A stretch of 64,000 nucleotides of DNA, from NCBI GenBank assembly GCA_022510765.1, contig JAFLSU010000008.1:1991-65990 (forward strand), in the 5' to 3' direction. The translations under genes and the position numbers were made by a program. Under the pieces are notes generated by a model, which was not told the origin of the DNA, did not search any database, and saw nothing but the letters and a program-made list of their open reading frames with translations. Numbering within the stretch: the stretch's first letter is position 1; each line of letters starts with the position of its first letter. Origin of the DNA: Christensenellaceae bacterium. GTDB lineage: Bacteria > Bacillota > Clostridia > Christensenellales > CAG-138. Of this stretch, positions 34,042 through 43,508 are shown piece after piece.

Positions 34042-34070
34042 TTGCAATATCTCCATAAAGGCACTATAAT
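34042..34070 (+). promoter_or_regulatory. Sigma-A promoter
   Basis: TTGCAA-17 bp-TATAAT. Confidence 0.65.
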
Positions 34071-34142
34071 AAGGTTTACTTCAATAGAACGATGCGGTGT
34101 TTTAAACGCCGTATTGTGCTGTATTTGCGTAGGAGGCATGAG

Positions 34143-34712
34143 ATGGAATTCACCATTCAGGATATCAAGGATCAAACCATGGCGGTCATGGATGAGCTGT
34201 TTTTAAACTGCGACGATGGACACTACAAGCTCAACCGCGGTGACATTCTCGTAATTGGGTGCAGCACCAGCCGGGTCATGGGCTTCCATATGGGTTCGCA
34301 CTCCACCGAGGACGTGGCCAAGGCGATCATGGAAACCGTGCTTCCCTATGTTAAGGAACGCCGGCTATATCTTGCGTGCCAATGCTGTGAACACCTTAAC
34401 CGTGCGCTCGTCGTTGAGCGGGAATGCATGGAGAGGTACGATTTTACACAGGTCTCAGTCATCCCCGCTCTTCACGCAGGCGGAGCATGGAGTGTACAGG
34501 CGATGGGAGAATTTACCGATCCCGTTGTAGTTGAGGATATATGTGCTCGCGCAAGAGCCGGAATCGACATCGGAGGTGTGTTCATCGGTATGCATATGCG
34601 TCACGTTTGCGTTCCGATACATAATGAAAACAATCATATCGGCTGCGCGTATATCGGCATGGCTCGCAGCCGTCCTAAGTTGATCGGCGGCGAACGCGCT
34701 CAGTATAAATAA
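34143..34712 (+). CDS. TIGR01440/YwlG family protein
   Basis: VIGCSTS, QCCEHLNRALVVE, RPKLIGGERA; GGAGG before ATG 34143. Confidence 0.9.
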   Translation: MEFTIQDIKDQTMAVMDELFLNCDDGHYKLNRGDILVIGCSTSRVMGFHMGSHSTEDVAKAIMETVLPYVKERRLYLACQCCEHLNRALVVERECMERYDFTQVSVIPALHAGGAWSVQAMGEFTDPVVVEDICARARAGIDIGGVFIGMHMRHVCVPIHNENNHIGCAYIGMARSRPKLIGGERAQYK

Positions 34713-34735
34713 CCGCTGTAATAATTTTTAGTCTT

Positions 34736-36112
34736 ATGAGCAAAAATCGCGATAAAGCAAATAATTCCATAGGATTTAAGCAAAAGACGAGGTTAAGCCA
34801 GACCCAGGTCATTTCCCTCGGCTTTTTTATAATCATCATTGTTGGAGCGCTTCTTTTGATGCTCCCCATTTCATCCCGCACGGGCGAGTTCACTCCTTTT
34901 GCTGACGCGCTGTTCACCGCAACCTCCGCAAGCTGTGTGACGGGACTTGTCACAGTGGACACATACACGCATTGGTCGGTATTTGGTCAGTGTGTGATAC
35001 TTATTATGATTCAAATCGGCGGATTGGGCTTCATGACGCTTGCGACCTTCTTTTTCCTTCTTATCAATCGTAAGCTTGGGCTTCGAGAGAGGGAGATCCT
35101 GTCGGAAAGCATAAACACACTTCAAATCGGAGGAATTCTGCGCCTCGCAAAGCGCATCATCACAGTAACCGCAATAGTCGAAGGAACTGGCGCTATTTTG
35201 CTTATGCTGCGCTTCTGCCCACAGTACGGTCTGTTAAAAGGCGCATATATGGGCATTTTCCACTCTGTGTCCGCATTCTGCAATGCGGGATTCGACCTGC
35301 TGGGCGGAATCTCTCAGTTCGGCTCCTTCGTTCCGTATTATAATGATGTTCTTGTAAATGTTGTGCTTATGCTTCTCGTCGTCATAGGCGGGCTCGGCTT
35401 TCTCGTTTGGGACGATATGTTGAACTTCGGATTCAGGCTTAAAAAATATCGCCTACACAGCAAAATCGTTTTGCTGATGACAGGAGTGCTGATCTTCTTC
35501 GGGGCGTTAGTCCTGGGGGTTACCGAATGGAACGCCTCGTGTTCAGGCATGAGCGTTGGAGATAAGATACTTACCGCGCTTTTCGGTTCGGTATCCGCAA
35601 GAACGGCGGGCTTTAACACCGTTGACCTTGCCGCGCTTTCCGATGGCGGACTTTTTACGACTATAATGCTCATGTTCGTTGGCGGCAGTCCCGGTTCCAC
35701 TGCAGGCGGAATAAAGACCACCACGCTCATCACGCTTCTTCTCTATGCGTTTTCATATGTTCGCAAGGAACGGAGCTTCGGTATCTTTGGACGCAGATTC
35801 GAGGAAAGCGCGCTGCATAAGGCAACGGCCGTATTCTTTACCAATCTCATGCTCATGCTCGTTGCAACGGTGATAATAACCGCCGCAGACGGACTCCCCC
35901 TCGCGGGTGTTATGTTTGAGACTACTTCCGCCGTTGCTACCGTTGGCTTAACTACGGGCATCACACGCAGCCTGTCCTCCGTTTCAAGGGTGGTCATCAT
36001 CTTCCTCATGTACTGCGGCAGAGTTGGCAGTTTGAGCTTTGCCGGCGCTCTAACCGAAAAAAAAGCGCCGCCGCCCGTAATGGCTCCAGTTGAACAGATA
36101 ACCATTGGATAG
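34736..36112 (+). CDS. ktrB: Ktr/Trk K+ channel membrane subunit
   Basis: TATSASCVTGL, SAFCNAGF, RTAGF, GGSPGSTAGGIK, SAVATVGL. Confidence 0.88.
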   Translation: MSKNRDKANNSIGFKQKTRLSQTQVISLGFFIIIIVGALLLMLPISSRTGEFTPFADALFTATSASCVTGLVTVDTYTHWSVFGQCVILIMIQIGGLGFMTLATFFFLLINRKLGLREREILSESINTLQIGGILRLAKRIITVTAIVEGTGAILLMLRFCPQYGLLKGAYMGIFHSVSAFCNAGFDLLGGISQFGSFVPYYNDVLVNVVLMLLVVIGGLGFLVWDDMLNFGFRLKKYRLHSKIVLLMTGVLIFFGALVLGVTEWNASCSGMSVGDKILTALFGSVSARTAGFNTVDLAALSDGGLFTTIMLMFVGGSPGSTAGGIKTTTLITLLLYAFSYVRKERSFGIFGRRFEESALHKATAVFFTNLMLMLVATVIITAADGLPLAGVMFETTSAVATVGLTTGITRSLSSVSRVVIIFLMYCGRVGSLSFAGALTEKKAPPPVMAPVEQITIG

Positions 36113-36179
36113 GACTTCGGGCAAAGCTTTGTTTAATTCTTAATAGTTTTAGGTTTTATCGAAAGGAAATAGTGCAATT

Positions 36180-36821
36180 ATGAAATCGTTTTTGGTGATC
36201 GGAGCAGGAAAGTTCGGACATTTTGTGTGTCAAGGATTGAATGCCGCAGGCTGTGATGTAATGATAGTCGATGAGGATGAAAGCAAGCTTTCGGATATGC
36301 TTTCGTATGTCTCAAGTGCAAAGATTGGTGACTGCACGCGCAAATCCGTGCTCATGACCTTTGGCGTGGAGGACTTCGATGCCGCTATCGTCTGCATTCC
36401 CGAGGATTTTCAGGATAGCCTTCAAACGGTGGACTTGCTTAAAGAGCTTGGGGCGCAGTATGTCGTCGCCGTTGCGTCCACCGAGGTACAGGCAAAGTTC
36501 CTGCGTAAGAACGGAGCCGACGAAATCATATTCCCCGATAGGGATATAGCAAAGCGTCTTGCCGTCAGCATAAGCAACGATAGCGTATTTGACTTTATCA
36601 ACCTTTCGGACGAGTATGCCATTTACGAAATCTCCGCGCCCAAGCGGTGGCTTAAGCGCAGCATTATCGAAATTAATGTGCAAAAAAATTACAAAGTAAA
36701 TATCGTCGTCGTCAAGTCGCCCAAAGGAACTATGGCCATGCCCGACGCAAAGTATGTATTTAATGAGCGGGATCATCTGATGGTGCTCGGCAGGAAGGGT
36801 GATATTGAAAAACTGATATGA
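36180..36821 (+). CDS. ktrA: Ktr/Trk RCK regulatory subunit
   Basis: VIGAGKFG RCK_N plus RCK_C domain; follows ktrB. Confidence 0.85.
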   Translation: MKSFLVIGAGKFGHFVCQGLNAAGCDVMIVDEDESKLSDMLSYVSSAKIGDCTRKSVLMTFGVEDFDAAIVCIPEDFQDSLQTVDLLKELGAQYVVAVASTEVQAKFLRKNGADEIIFPDRDIAKRLAVSISNDSVFDFINLSDEYAIYEISAPKRWLKRSIIEINVQKNYKVNIVVVKSPKGTMAMPDAKYVFNERDHLMVLGRKGDIEKLI

Positions 36822-36852
36822 CATGATATCCTACTCATGCTAACCATTTTGC

Positions 36853-37467
36853 TCATTTAGCGAGTTCGTTAATAATAGTCTCTATGCATACCGTAAGACC
36901 TCGAATGCAGGTCTCAACCTCCATTCCGGGATACTCTCCACCATGCGCTGCTGCCTGCTCCATCGATAATGGGATATGCACAAATCCGGTCGGCATGCTT
37001 GGGTGATTCATAGCCGAATAATGCAGCGCATGAAACATTAAGTTATTGCATACATACGTTCCTGCGGTATAACTCAGTTTCGCGGGAATTCCGTTCTCCG
37101 TCATACGCCTGACCATGGCACGCACCGGAAGTGTCGAAAAGTATGCATCCGGCGCTTCCGGAGTTATTCTGCACCCTCTGTACTCCACTCCCGCATTGTC
37201 CTTTACGCCGTCCCGTTGGTTGATGGCAACAAACTCCGGCGTTATACAGTTTCGCTTCATTGCCTGACCAACGAGCAGCACGGCATCGGGCAGTTCCCGC
37301 TCTATGGCACCAATCAGCAGTTCTCCACAGGTATCGTACACCACGGGAAGCTCGAGCTTGGCTATCTGCGCCCCTAACACGAAGCTTGGAAGCGCATTTA
37401 CCGCCTGCCACGATGGATTTACCTGTTCATTTCCGAATGGCTCAAAGCCGGTCACAAGTATCTTCAT
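36853..37467 (-). CDS. pcp: Pyroglutamyl-peptidase I
   Basis: ILVTGFEPF, NPS, AGTYVCN, GFVHIP. Confidence 0.95.
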   Translation of the reverse strand: MKILVTGFEPFGNEQVNPSWQAVNALPSFVLGAQIAKLELPVVYDTCGELLIGAIERELPDAVLLVGQAMKRNCITPEFVAINQRDGVKDNAGVEYRGCRITPEAPDAYFSTLPVRAMVRRMTENGIPAKLSYTAGTYVCNNLMFHALHYSAMNHPSMPTGFVHIPLSMEQAAAHGGEYPGMEVETCIRGLTVCIETIINELAK

Positions 37468-37514
37468 AACGAATTATTTTGCCTTTCATTAACTAAGAAA
37501 TATTAAAACGATAC

Positions 37515-37550
37515 AGGGACGAATCGGAGCAAGCAACTCCGATCCGCCCC
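37515..37550 (-). terminator. Hairpin downstream of the dockerin protease gene
   Basis: Minus strand ggggcggatcggag-ttgcttg-ctccgattcgtccc. Confidence 0.7.
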
Positions 37551-37580
37551 AAAACATTTTACATATAGTCCCCAATCGGA

Positions 37581-40013
37581 TTAAGCTATGTTCATTGCCC
37601 TGCGAAGGATGATCAGCGCATCGGTACCATCTACGATGCCGCTATTGTCAACATCCGCAAGTGCGAGCTGATCGCTCGTAAGCGCAGTTATCTGCATCGC
37701 ACAGCGCAGCGCCAGCAGTGCGTCGGAGACAGTAATGCTTCCATCCATGTCAACATCACCAAGTTCATAATCCGAACCGCCGCCAACGTAACCGGGAACG
37801 AACACATTATCCACCCAACCGCAGTCGCTTCCTCTGTCAACGCTGCCGTCCTTTGAATAGCTCCACCTGAAGGTGAAGGATCCGGTGGTCGTCGCCGTAT
37901 AGCTTACGGTTGCCCAACTCGTTTCGCCCGATATGCCCTGAACATACGCATCGTTTACATAGAACTCGAGCTTGTCGTAGTTCTGTTCGCTGCTCGTGCG
38001 CCAATCGAAGCTCATCGCATCCCCGGCGTTCATGTTTACGGTAAGCGTAAAGTAGCTTTCGGAGTTATGCACGCCCGCATTGGTGCTTCTTACGCTTGCC
38101 CTGCCCTCGTCGGACGTAGTATCGACCTCGAACGGAAAGTTGCTTGCTGAGCCGTTGAATTCGAGTGTTCCGTTTTCAACATTGAGCGCCTCGTTGAGCG
38201 ACGGCGTGTGTTTAACGAACACCTGAGCGGATGCAGAATAATCACGATTATTGATGTTGTCGTGGGCATTGACGGTAATGATCGCCGTTCCCGGTTCAAC
38301 GCCCGTAATGGTCGCATTGCGGTTATTGCCGTTTACCGCTGCTACGGAGGGGTTGGAACTCGTCCATGTCAGCTCAAAATTGTTCGCATTTTGCGGTTCA
38401 CGCACTGCATTGATGCGTGCCGATCCGCCTTCATATATCTCGATGGATCCGGGATTGAGCGAGATACTCGTTAGCGCAACGGGCTCGGGAGGTTCAGAAT
38501 TCAGAGTAATGCCATAGTACTCCAAACTGCTTGACGCACCCTGCGGAGGGTAATATACACCGTCCACGGGCTTAACCGTTATCGCACCGCCGCCTGCTAT
38601 CGAACAGCTGTTGCCGGTGAATACGAGCGGTGCAAGCCAGTTATATAAATTCTCAACGCCGTAGTATTGCTCGGGATCATATCCCTCCTGCATACGGAAG
38701 CCGTAAATCCCATCGTATTGATCGGGCGTATTTGCGGTCAATGCAATCCTGAAATTTCTCGTAAACTCGGACGCATTCTGCCCCGTTACCGTTTGGAATG
38801 CGGACGTAAAGCCCTGCCCCGCTGCCATTCTCTCAAGTAAAGCGCGGAAGGTGGGATTGCCGTACTGGGTATAGATATACTGAGCATAAAGCGAAACCTG
38901 CGCATACAGAGCCAGCCTATCGCTCATGTCCAGCCAGTCGCTCCAGTCATACATTGAAAAGCCGTTATGCAATTCCCAGTAAGGGTTGTACTCATGTTCT
39001 GCCGGCGGATTAAGCCAATCCTCGTTTTCACTGAATTTATAGTTGAGCCATGACTGGATTCTCGGCGCAACGCTGCTGCCCGGATAGCATATCTCTTCAG
39101 CCGCTGCGCTCATGCACTCGTTTATCCACGAATCGCTATAGCCGCATACGGAATAGTTGATGAGGTGCTGATACTCATGAACCATTGTGTTGTATGTACT
39201 GGTAACATCGATGATTTCTTCTCCCTGAGTGTTCACATAATATACACCCGGATAGGTATCGATGTTGAGACAGGGCATACCGTTTGATGAAATATCGGCT
39301 CCGGTAAAGAAGCCTGCAACATAACCATCGCCCGGCTGCCAGCCGCAGTCGATATTATAGTAAAGGATGTTCAGTCTTCCGTCGCCCTGCGAACCGTTGG
39401 TATGGTCGCCGAAGGAAGATTGCATGAGGTCGAACTTGGAATCGAACTCAGCTGCGCAGATATCAGCGAAGCTTTCATCTATCTCGTCAAGCGGATATAC
39501 GTTGCTCGCCGTTGAGGTTGGGGTCCAGATATAGCAGTGTTCGCCCTTTGCAAGCACTTCAAATTCAACGCGAGTGTTGGGCAAAGGACAATAGCTGGCA
39601 TAAAGATTGAAGTAATGGGTGTCCCCCACTTCGAAGGACAGCGTCTTTTCGCTGGAACCTTCCGCCGTGATGCCGTTTCTCTCGGCTTCTTCAGCAAGAA
39701 CCGAATCAATATCTATGGTATAGGGTCGATCCGAATGCTTGTTTGCACCCTCGGACGCGGTAAAATCAAAATCGATTTCGGTTTCGATAAGCCCGCTCAT
39801 ATTGCCAGTGCTTGCCGAACCGCTGTACGCGCTTGTGCCCGGGTTATAAATGACGACGTAATCGCCAGAATAGCCGTCGCTGCCGTCATCATCGATCTCA
39901 AGAGCGCCCGTATTGATGAGCTTTGATGATGTGTCCATGCTGCCCGATGCTGCAACCGGCATAATAACCATGATGAAGCAAATGCATAGCACAATGCTGA
40001 TTATTTTTTTCAT
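37581..40013 (-). CDS. Secreted Zn metallopeptidase (M30-like) with Ig-like domain and C-terminal type I dockerin
   Basis: Signal peptide; HEYQH...WINE zincin motif; TWTSSNPSVA Big_2 motif; duplicated GDVDMDGSITVSDA / ADVDNSGIVDGTDA Ca-binding loops. Confidence 0.85.
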   Translation of the reverse strand: MKKIISIVLCICFIMVIMPVAASGSMDTSSKLINTGALEIDDDGSDGYSGDYVVIYNPGTSAYSGSASTGNMSGLIETEIDFDFTASEGANKHSDRPYTIDIDSVLAEEAERNGITAEGSSEKTLSFEVGDTHYFNLYASYCPLPNTRVEFEVLAKGEHCYIWTPTSTASNVYPLDEIDESFADICAAEFDSKFDLMQSSFGDHTNGSQGDGRLNILYYNIDCGWQPGDGYVAGFFTGADISSNGMPCLNIDTYPGVYYVNTQGEEIIDVTSTYNTMVHEYQHLINYSVCGYSDSWINECMSAAAEEICYPGSSVAPRIQSWLNYKFSENEDWLNPPAEHEYNPYWELHNGFSMYDWSDWLDMSDRLALYAQVSLYAQYIYTQYGNPTFRALLERMAAGQGFTSAFQTVTGQNASEFTRNFRIALTANTPDQYDGIYGFRMQEGYDPEQYYGVENLYNWLAPLVFTGNSCSIAGGGAITVKPVDGVYYPPQGASSSLEYYGITLNSEPPEPVALTSISLNPGSIEIYEGGSARINAVREPQNANNFELTWTSSNPSVAAVNGNNRNATITGVEPGTAIITVNAHDNINNRDYSASAQVFVKHTPSLNEALNVENGTLEFNGSASNFPFEVDTTSDEGRASVRSTNAGVHNSESYFTLTVNMNAGDAMSFDWRTSSEQNYDKLEFYVNDAYVQGISGETSWATVSYTATTTGSFTFRWSYSKDGSVDRGSDCGWVDNVFVPGYVGGGSDYELGDVDMDGSITVSDALLALRCAMQITALTSDQLALADVDNSGIVDGTDALIILRRAMNIA

Positions 40014-40201
40014 TTCGTTCCCCTCCTGGAATAGTCTGCCGGAACTGCGATCACACAGATCCGATAGCTGATTAATACATATATATTACCATCTTTTAAA
40101 GCAAACCGATAGCCTTTTTGTCAATATATTATCTTTTCCGCAAAAATGGAGAAACGCACAGTTTTAATGCTCTGAAATGCGCCTGATTGCGGCTTTCGCG
40201 T

Positions 40202-40258
40202 CGATGATTATGCAATTATTCGATGATCATGCTGTTGTTAGATGATTGTGCAATTTTC
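40202..40258. repeat. 3 x 19-bp degenerate tandem repeat in a divergent promoter region
   Basis: cgatgattatgcaattatt / cgatgatcatgctgttgtt / agatgattgtgcaattttc. Confidence 0.7.
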
Positions 40259-40430
40259 TACTTTCTGCATATTTATACATAGAATCCAAATATATATCTC
40301 CTTTTGACGTGTTTTCGGTTGCACCTTCATAGCTAAAATGATAGAATTAATCCGTCTGTCGGAACAGCGGAATGCAATATGCGCTTTGTCTGTTTCGCAG
40401 AAAATATTTCTATTTTGTTTGGAGGCATCC

Positions 40431-41624
40431 ATGAAAATCTCGCAGAAGGCTATGGCTTGCAACCTTTCACCCATGCGTAAATTCCATCCGTTTGCCGTTG
40501 CTGCCACAAAGCAGGGCAAAAAAATATATCATCTGAACATCGGTCAGCCGGACATCGAGACCCCGCCCGCATATTTCGATGCGGTAAAGAATTTCGAGCT
40601 TCCCGTACTCGAGTACGCAGCCTCACCGGGTATGCCCGTTCTTATCAAGGCAATTCAGGATTATTATGATAAACTTGGAATTCATTACGATGAAAATGAG
40701 ATACTGATCACGACCGGCGGAAGCGAGGCACTCCAGATGCTCATGCTCAGCATCCTTGATCCCGGCAGTGAAGTCATCATTCCGGAACCCTTTTATCCCA
40801 ATTATAATACATTCGTTAAAAGCGCAGGCGGCGTTATCCGTCCCCTCACCACCACTCCTGAAGGCGGCTATCGCTATGCGTTCCGCGACAAGCTGGAAGC
40901 CCTTGTAAACGAGAATACCCGCGCAATCATGTTCACAAACCCTGGAAACCCGACCGGCGTTGTGCTTACTCCCGATGAGCTTCGCACCATTGCCGACGTT
41001 GCAAAGGAGCATGACTTATTCGTCATCGGCGACGAAGTATATCGCGAATTCGTATACGGCGGCGAGTCGCTTGCAACCATAGGTCAATTCGATGACATCA
41101 GCGAAAACGCCGTAATCATCGACTCCGTATCCAAGCGTTTCTCCGCATGCGGCGCCCGCATTGGCACTATTATTACACGGAACAAGGAGTTGCAGCAGCA
41201 GCTTCTCAAGTTCTGTCAGGCAAGGCTCTCCGTTGCAACACTTGATCAGATTGCCTCTGCCGCCCTCTACAGCGTCGACCCCGATTATTTCGATGCCGTA
41301 CGCAAGGAGTACAAACTCCGCAGGGACACCTGTTATAATAAGCTGCTTGAGATTCCCGGCGTTATCGTTAAGGAACCGCAGGGCGCATTCTATATGATGG
41401 CTGCCCTGCCTGTTGACAATGCCGACACCTTCCAAAAATGGCTGCTCACCGATTTTGACGACAATGGCGATACCGTCATGTTCGCACCCGGTGAGGGATT
41501 CTATGCAACCCCTGGCAAAGGTCTGAACGAGATTCGCATTGCCTATGTTCTCAAGCAAAAGGATCTCGAGCGGGCAATGGATCTGCTTGCGCTTGGCATC
41601 AAGAAGTATAACGAGACACATTGA
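40431..41624 (+). CDS. PLP-dependent aminotransferase class I/II
   Basis: LNIGQPD, NPGNPTG, DEVY, SVSKRFSACGARIG; GGAGG before ATG 40431. Confidence 0.92.
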   Translation: MKISQKAMACNLSPMRKFHPFAVAATKQGKKIYHLNIGQPDIETPPAYFDAVKNFELPVLEYAASPGMPVLIKAIQDYYDKLGIHYDENEILITTGGSEALQMLMLSILDPGSEVIIPEPFYPNYNTFVKSAGGVIRPLTTTPEGGYRYAFRDKLEALVNENTRAIMFTNPGNPTGVVLTPDELRTIADVAKEHDLFVIGDEVYREFVYGGESLATIGQFDDISENAVIIDSVSKRFSACGARIGTIITRNKELQQQLLKFCQARLSVATLDQIASAALYSVDPDYFDAVRKEYKLRRDTCYNKLLEIPGVIVKEPQGAFYMMAALPVDNADTFQKWLLTDFDDNGDTVMFAPGEGFYATPGKGLNEIRIAYVLKQKDLERAMDLLALGIKKYNETH

Positions 41625-41643
41625 TAATCTCTGTTTCAACAAG

Positions 41644-41675
41644 AACTGCCACCGTTCTATCGAGCGGTGGCAGTT
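41644..41675. terminator. Bidirectional terminator
   Basis: aactgccaccg...cggtggcagtt 11-bp stem between convergent genes. Confidence 0.85.
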
Positions 41676-41724
41676 TGAGATTCAAACCCAACTATTTACG
41701 CTGAGACATTAGTTCATTGAGTTG

Positions 41725-43017
41725 CTATTCCTCACAGAAGTACCTAAGCACAAGTTCATTTATTGATGCCTGATCCCTTGCACCCATGGTTTCACGGCTC
41801 GAATGCATAGCAAGCATCGGTACGCCTATGTCCGCTGTACTCATGCCGAGCTGAGATGCCGCATAGGAGCCGAGCGTTCCGCCGCCGCGCATATCGGGAC
41901 GGTTCATATAGCGCTGATATGGAATTTCATATTTTTTGCACAACCCCTCAATGATTCCTATGCCGACCGCTTCGGTCGCATAACGCTGCTCATAATTCAT
42001 CTTTAGCGCAACACCTTTGTTCATGACCGCATTGCATGAGTTATCCGCAAGCTCCCCATGATTTGGATGCTTTGAATGAGCGACGTCGCAGGAAAGCATA
42101 AAACCGGATGTGAGTGAATCGATGAATTCAGCACGGCTTGATCCGAGTGCAATGGCAATCTTTTCAAGCATCATGCCCAGGGTCGCACTATCCGCGCCCT
42201 GCTTCGTACCGGAGCCGACCTCCTCATTGTCAAAGAGTATCGCAGCAGTTATGCCATGCTTGCGTTCACACTTTGCAATGCCCGCAAGGATAGCAAAGGT
42301 CGAAGTAAGGTTATCAAGGCGCGGCGAAGTCAAAATGCTCTCGTCAAATCCGCAGAGAATCGGCTTCTCGGCATTGTAAAGGCATAGATCATAGCTCAAT
42401 ATGCTCTCCGGTTCTACGCCCATAAGTTCAGCAAGCTTTCTCACAAAGAAACCGTCCTTATTAAACTCACCCTCTATAGTAGCAGCTATCGGAAGCATAT
42501 CCTTGTTAGGATTTAGTTCAACTCCTTTGTTTACATTGCGGTTCATATGTATTGCGAGATTGGGTATCGTAAGTATCGGTTTTACAAAATTTACAAGCCT
42601 GCGCTCGGGCTCAAGTACGTTCTCAGTCTTGACGGTGACTACGCCCGCTGCGGAAAGGGGTCTATCGAGCCATGTATTATGAATCATTCCTCCATAGGGT
42701 TCGATGCTTATCTTTAAGCAATCGCCCGCGACCTGCTCGGGATTGGGTTTGATATAATAGCATGGCCAGTCGGTATGGCTGGCAGCAAGGCGGAATCCTT
42801 CGCCGGGCGTATATTCAGAGCCCACGTGGAACGCAAGCAGCATGGTTCCAAAGCATTTAACATAGTAATTGCGCCCGCGCTCCAAGCTCCAAGCTTTGCT
42901 CTGCTCCAAGAAAGTAAACCCTTCCGCATCAAGAAGGCGCATCGCCTCCTCCGCCGCATGATAGGGCGAAACGGATTTTTCAAGAAGCGAGATAAGACCA
43001 TTGATATCGTTCTTCAT
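41725..43017 (-). CDS. M18 family (aspartyl) aminopeptidase
   Basis: SHTDWP, RLDNL, FDNEEVGS, DVAH, GGGTLG, LAMHSSRE; GGAGG before ATG 43017. Confidence 0.93.
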   Translation of the reverse strand: MKNDINGLISLLEKSVSPYHAAEEAMRLLDAEGFTFLEQSKAWSLERGRNYYVKCFGTMLLAFHVGSEYTPGEGFRLAASHTDWPCYYIKPNPEQVAGDCLKISIEPYGGMIHNTWLDRPLSAAGVVTVKTENVLEPERRLVNFVKPILTIPNLAIHMNRNVNKGVELNPNKDMLPIAATIEGEFNKDGFFVRKLAELMGVEPESILSYDLCLYNAEKPILCGFDESILTSPRLDNLTSTFAILAGIAKCERKHGITAAILFDNEEVGSGTKQGADSATLGMMLEKIAIALGSSRAEFIDSLTSGFMLSCDVAHSKHPNHGELADNSCNAVMNKGVALKMNYEQRYATEAVGIGIIEGLCKKYEIPYQRYMNRPDMRGGGTLGSYAASQLGMSTADIGVPMLAMHSSRETMGARDQASINELVLRYFCEE

Positions 43018-43048
43018 AATTTCCTCCGAAGGTATTATTAGCATAACA

Positions 43049-43077
43049 ATTATAGTGTGTGTCAAGACCATTGTCAA
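43049..43077 (-). promoter_or_regulatory. Consensus sigma-A promoter for the M18 gene
   Basis: Minus strand TTGACA-17 bp-TATAAT. Confidence 0.85.
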
Positions 43078-43114
43078 ACATGGACGCACCCGATAAGTGC
43101 GACCACTTAAAACT

Positions 43115-43233
43115 CAAATCTTTATTTTTGGGGCCGGATATGTTATCATTTTAGACATTATTGAACAAGGAACGGAATCGAAATGAACATTAAGCGTTTT
43201 TTCGGTGATAAGAACTTCTACAAGGCGGTGCTT
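43115..43233 (+). repeat. Left copy of a 119-bp direct repeat (MATE upstream region plus first 17 codons)
   Basis: 109/119 identical, ungapped, to 45493-45611 by hand alignment. Confidence 0.95.
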
Positions 43234-43269
43234 ATGACCATTGCGAAATGCCAAAAGCCCGAATCCTGA
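43183..43269 (+). pseudogene. Truncated duplicate of the MATE gene 5' end (28 aa)
   Basis: MNIKRFFGDKNFYKAVLMTIAKCQKPES* versus MATE MNIKRFFGDKNFYKTVLAIAVPV. Confidence 0.85.
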
Positions 43270-43362
43270 CTTAATTTGCCGGGACTTCATATTCCTACAA
43301 ATACGTCAAAAATCGTTGTTGCCACATATTTAACCACAACAGCGCCAAAATTAAATATTTGT

Positions 43363-43439
43363 CAGAGGTGTTGCTCCGTTGGTACAGCGCCGCATTTGGG
43401 ATGCAGGGGTCGCAAGTTCTAACCTTGTCGCTCCAACCA
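43363..43439 (+). pseudogene. Decayed tRNA-Pro(TGG)
   Basis: 77 nt; D-loop TTGGTA, anticodon loop TT-TGG-GA (43395-43401), variable GGGTC, T-arm gcaag-TTCTAAC-cttgt, terminal ACCA; acceptor, D and anticodon stems carry mismatches. Confidence 0.8.
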
Positions 43440-43472
43440 AACTCTTTGAAATCAATTGATTTCAGAGAGTTT
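43439..43472. terminator. Palindrome between the tRNA relic and the retron 3' end
   Basis: aaactctttgaaatc-aatt-gatttcagagagttt. Confidence 0.7.
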
Positions 43473-43508
43473 TCTATACCTATTTTTTGTTTACTATAGC
43501 ATGATTTT

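Noticed and set aside
43363-43439. Functional tRNA-Pro
   Set aside because: Several stem mismatches and a non-canonical T-loop, so it is called a pseudogene.
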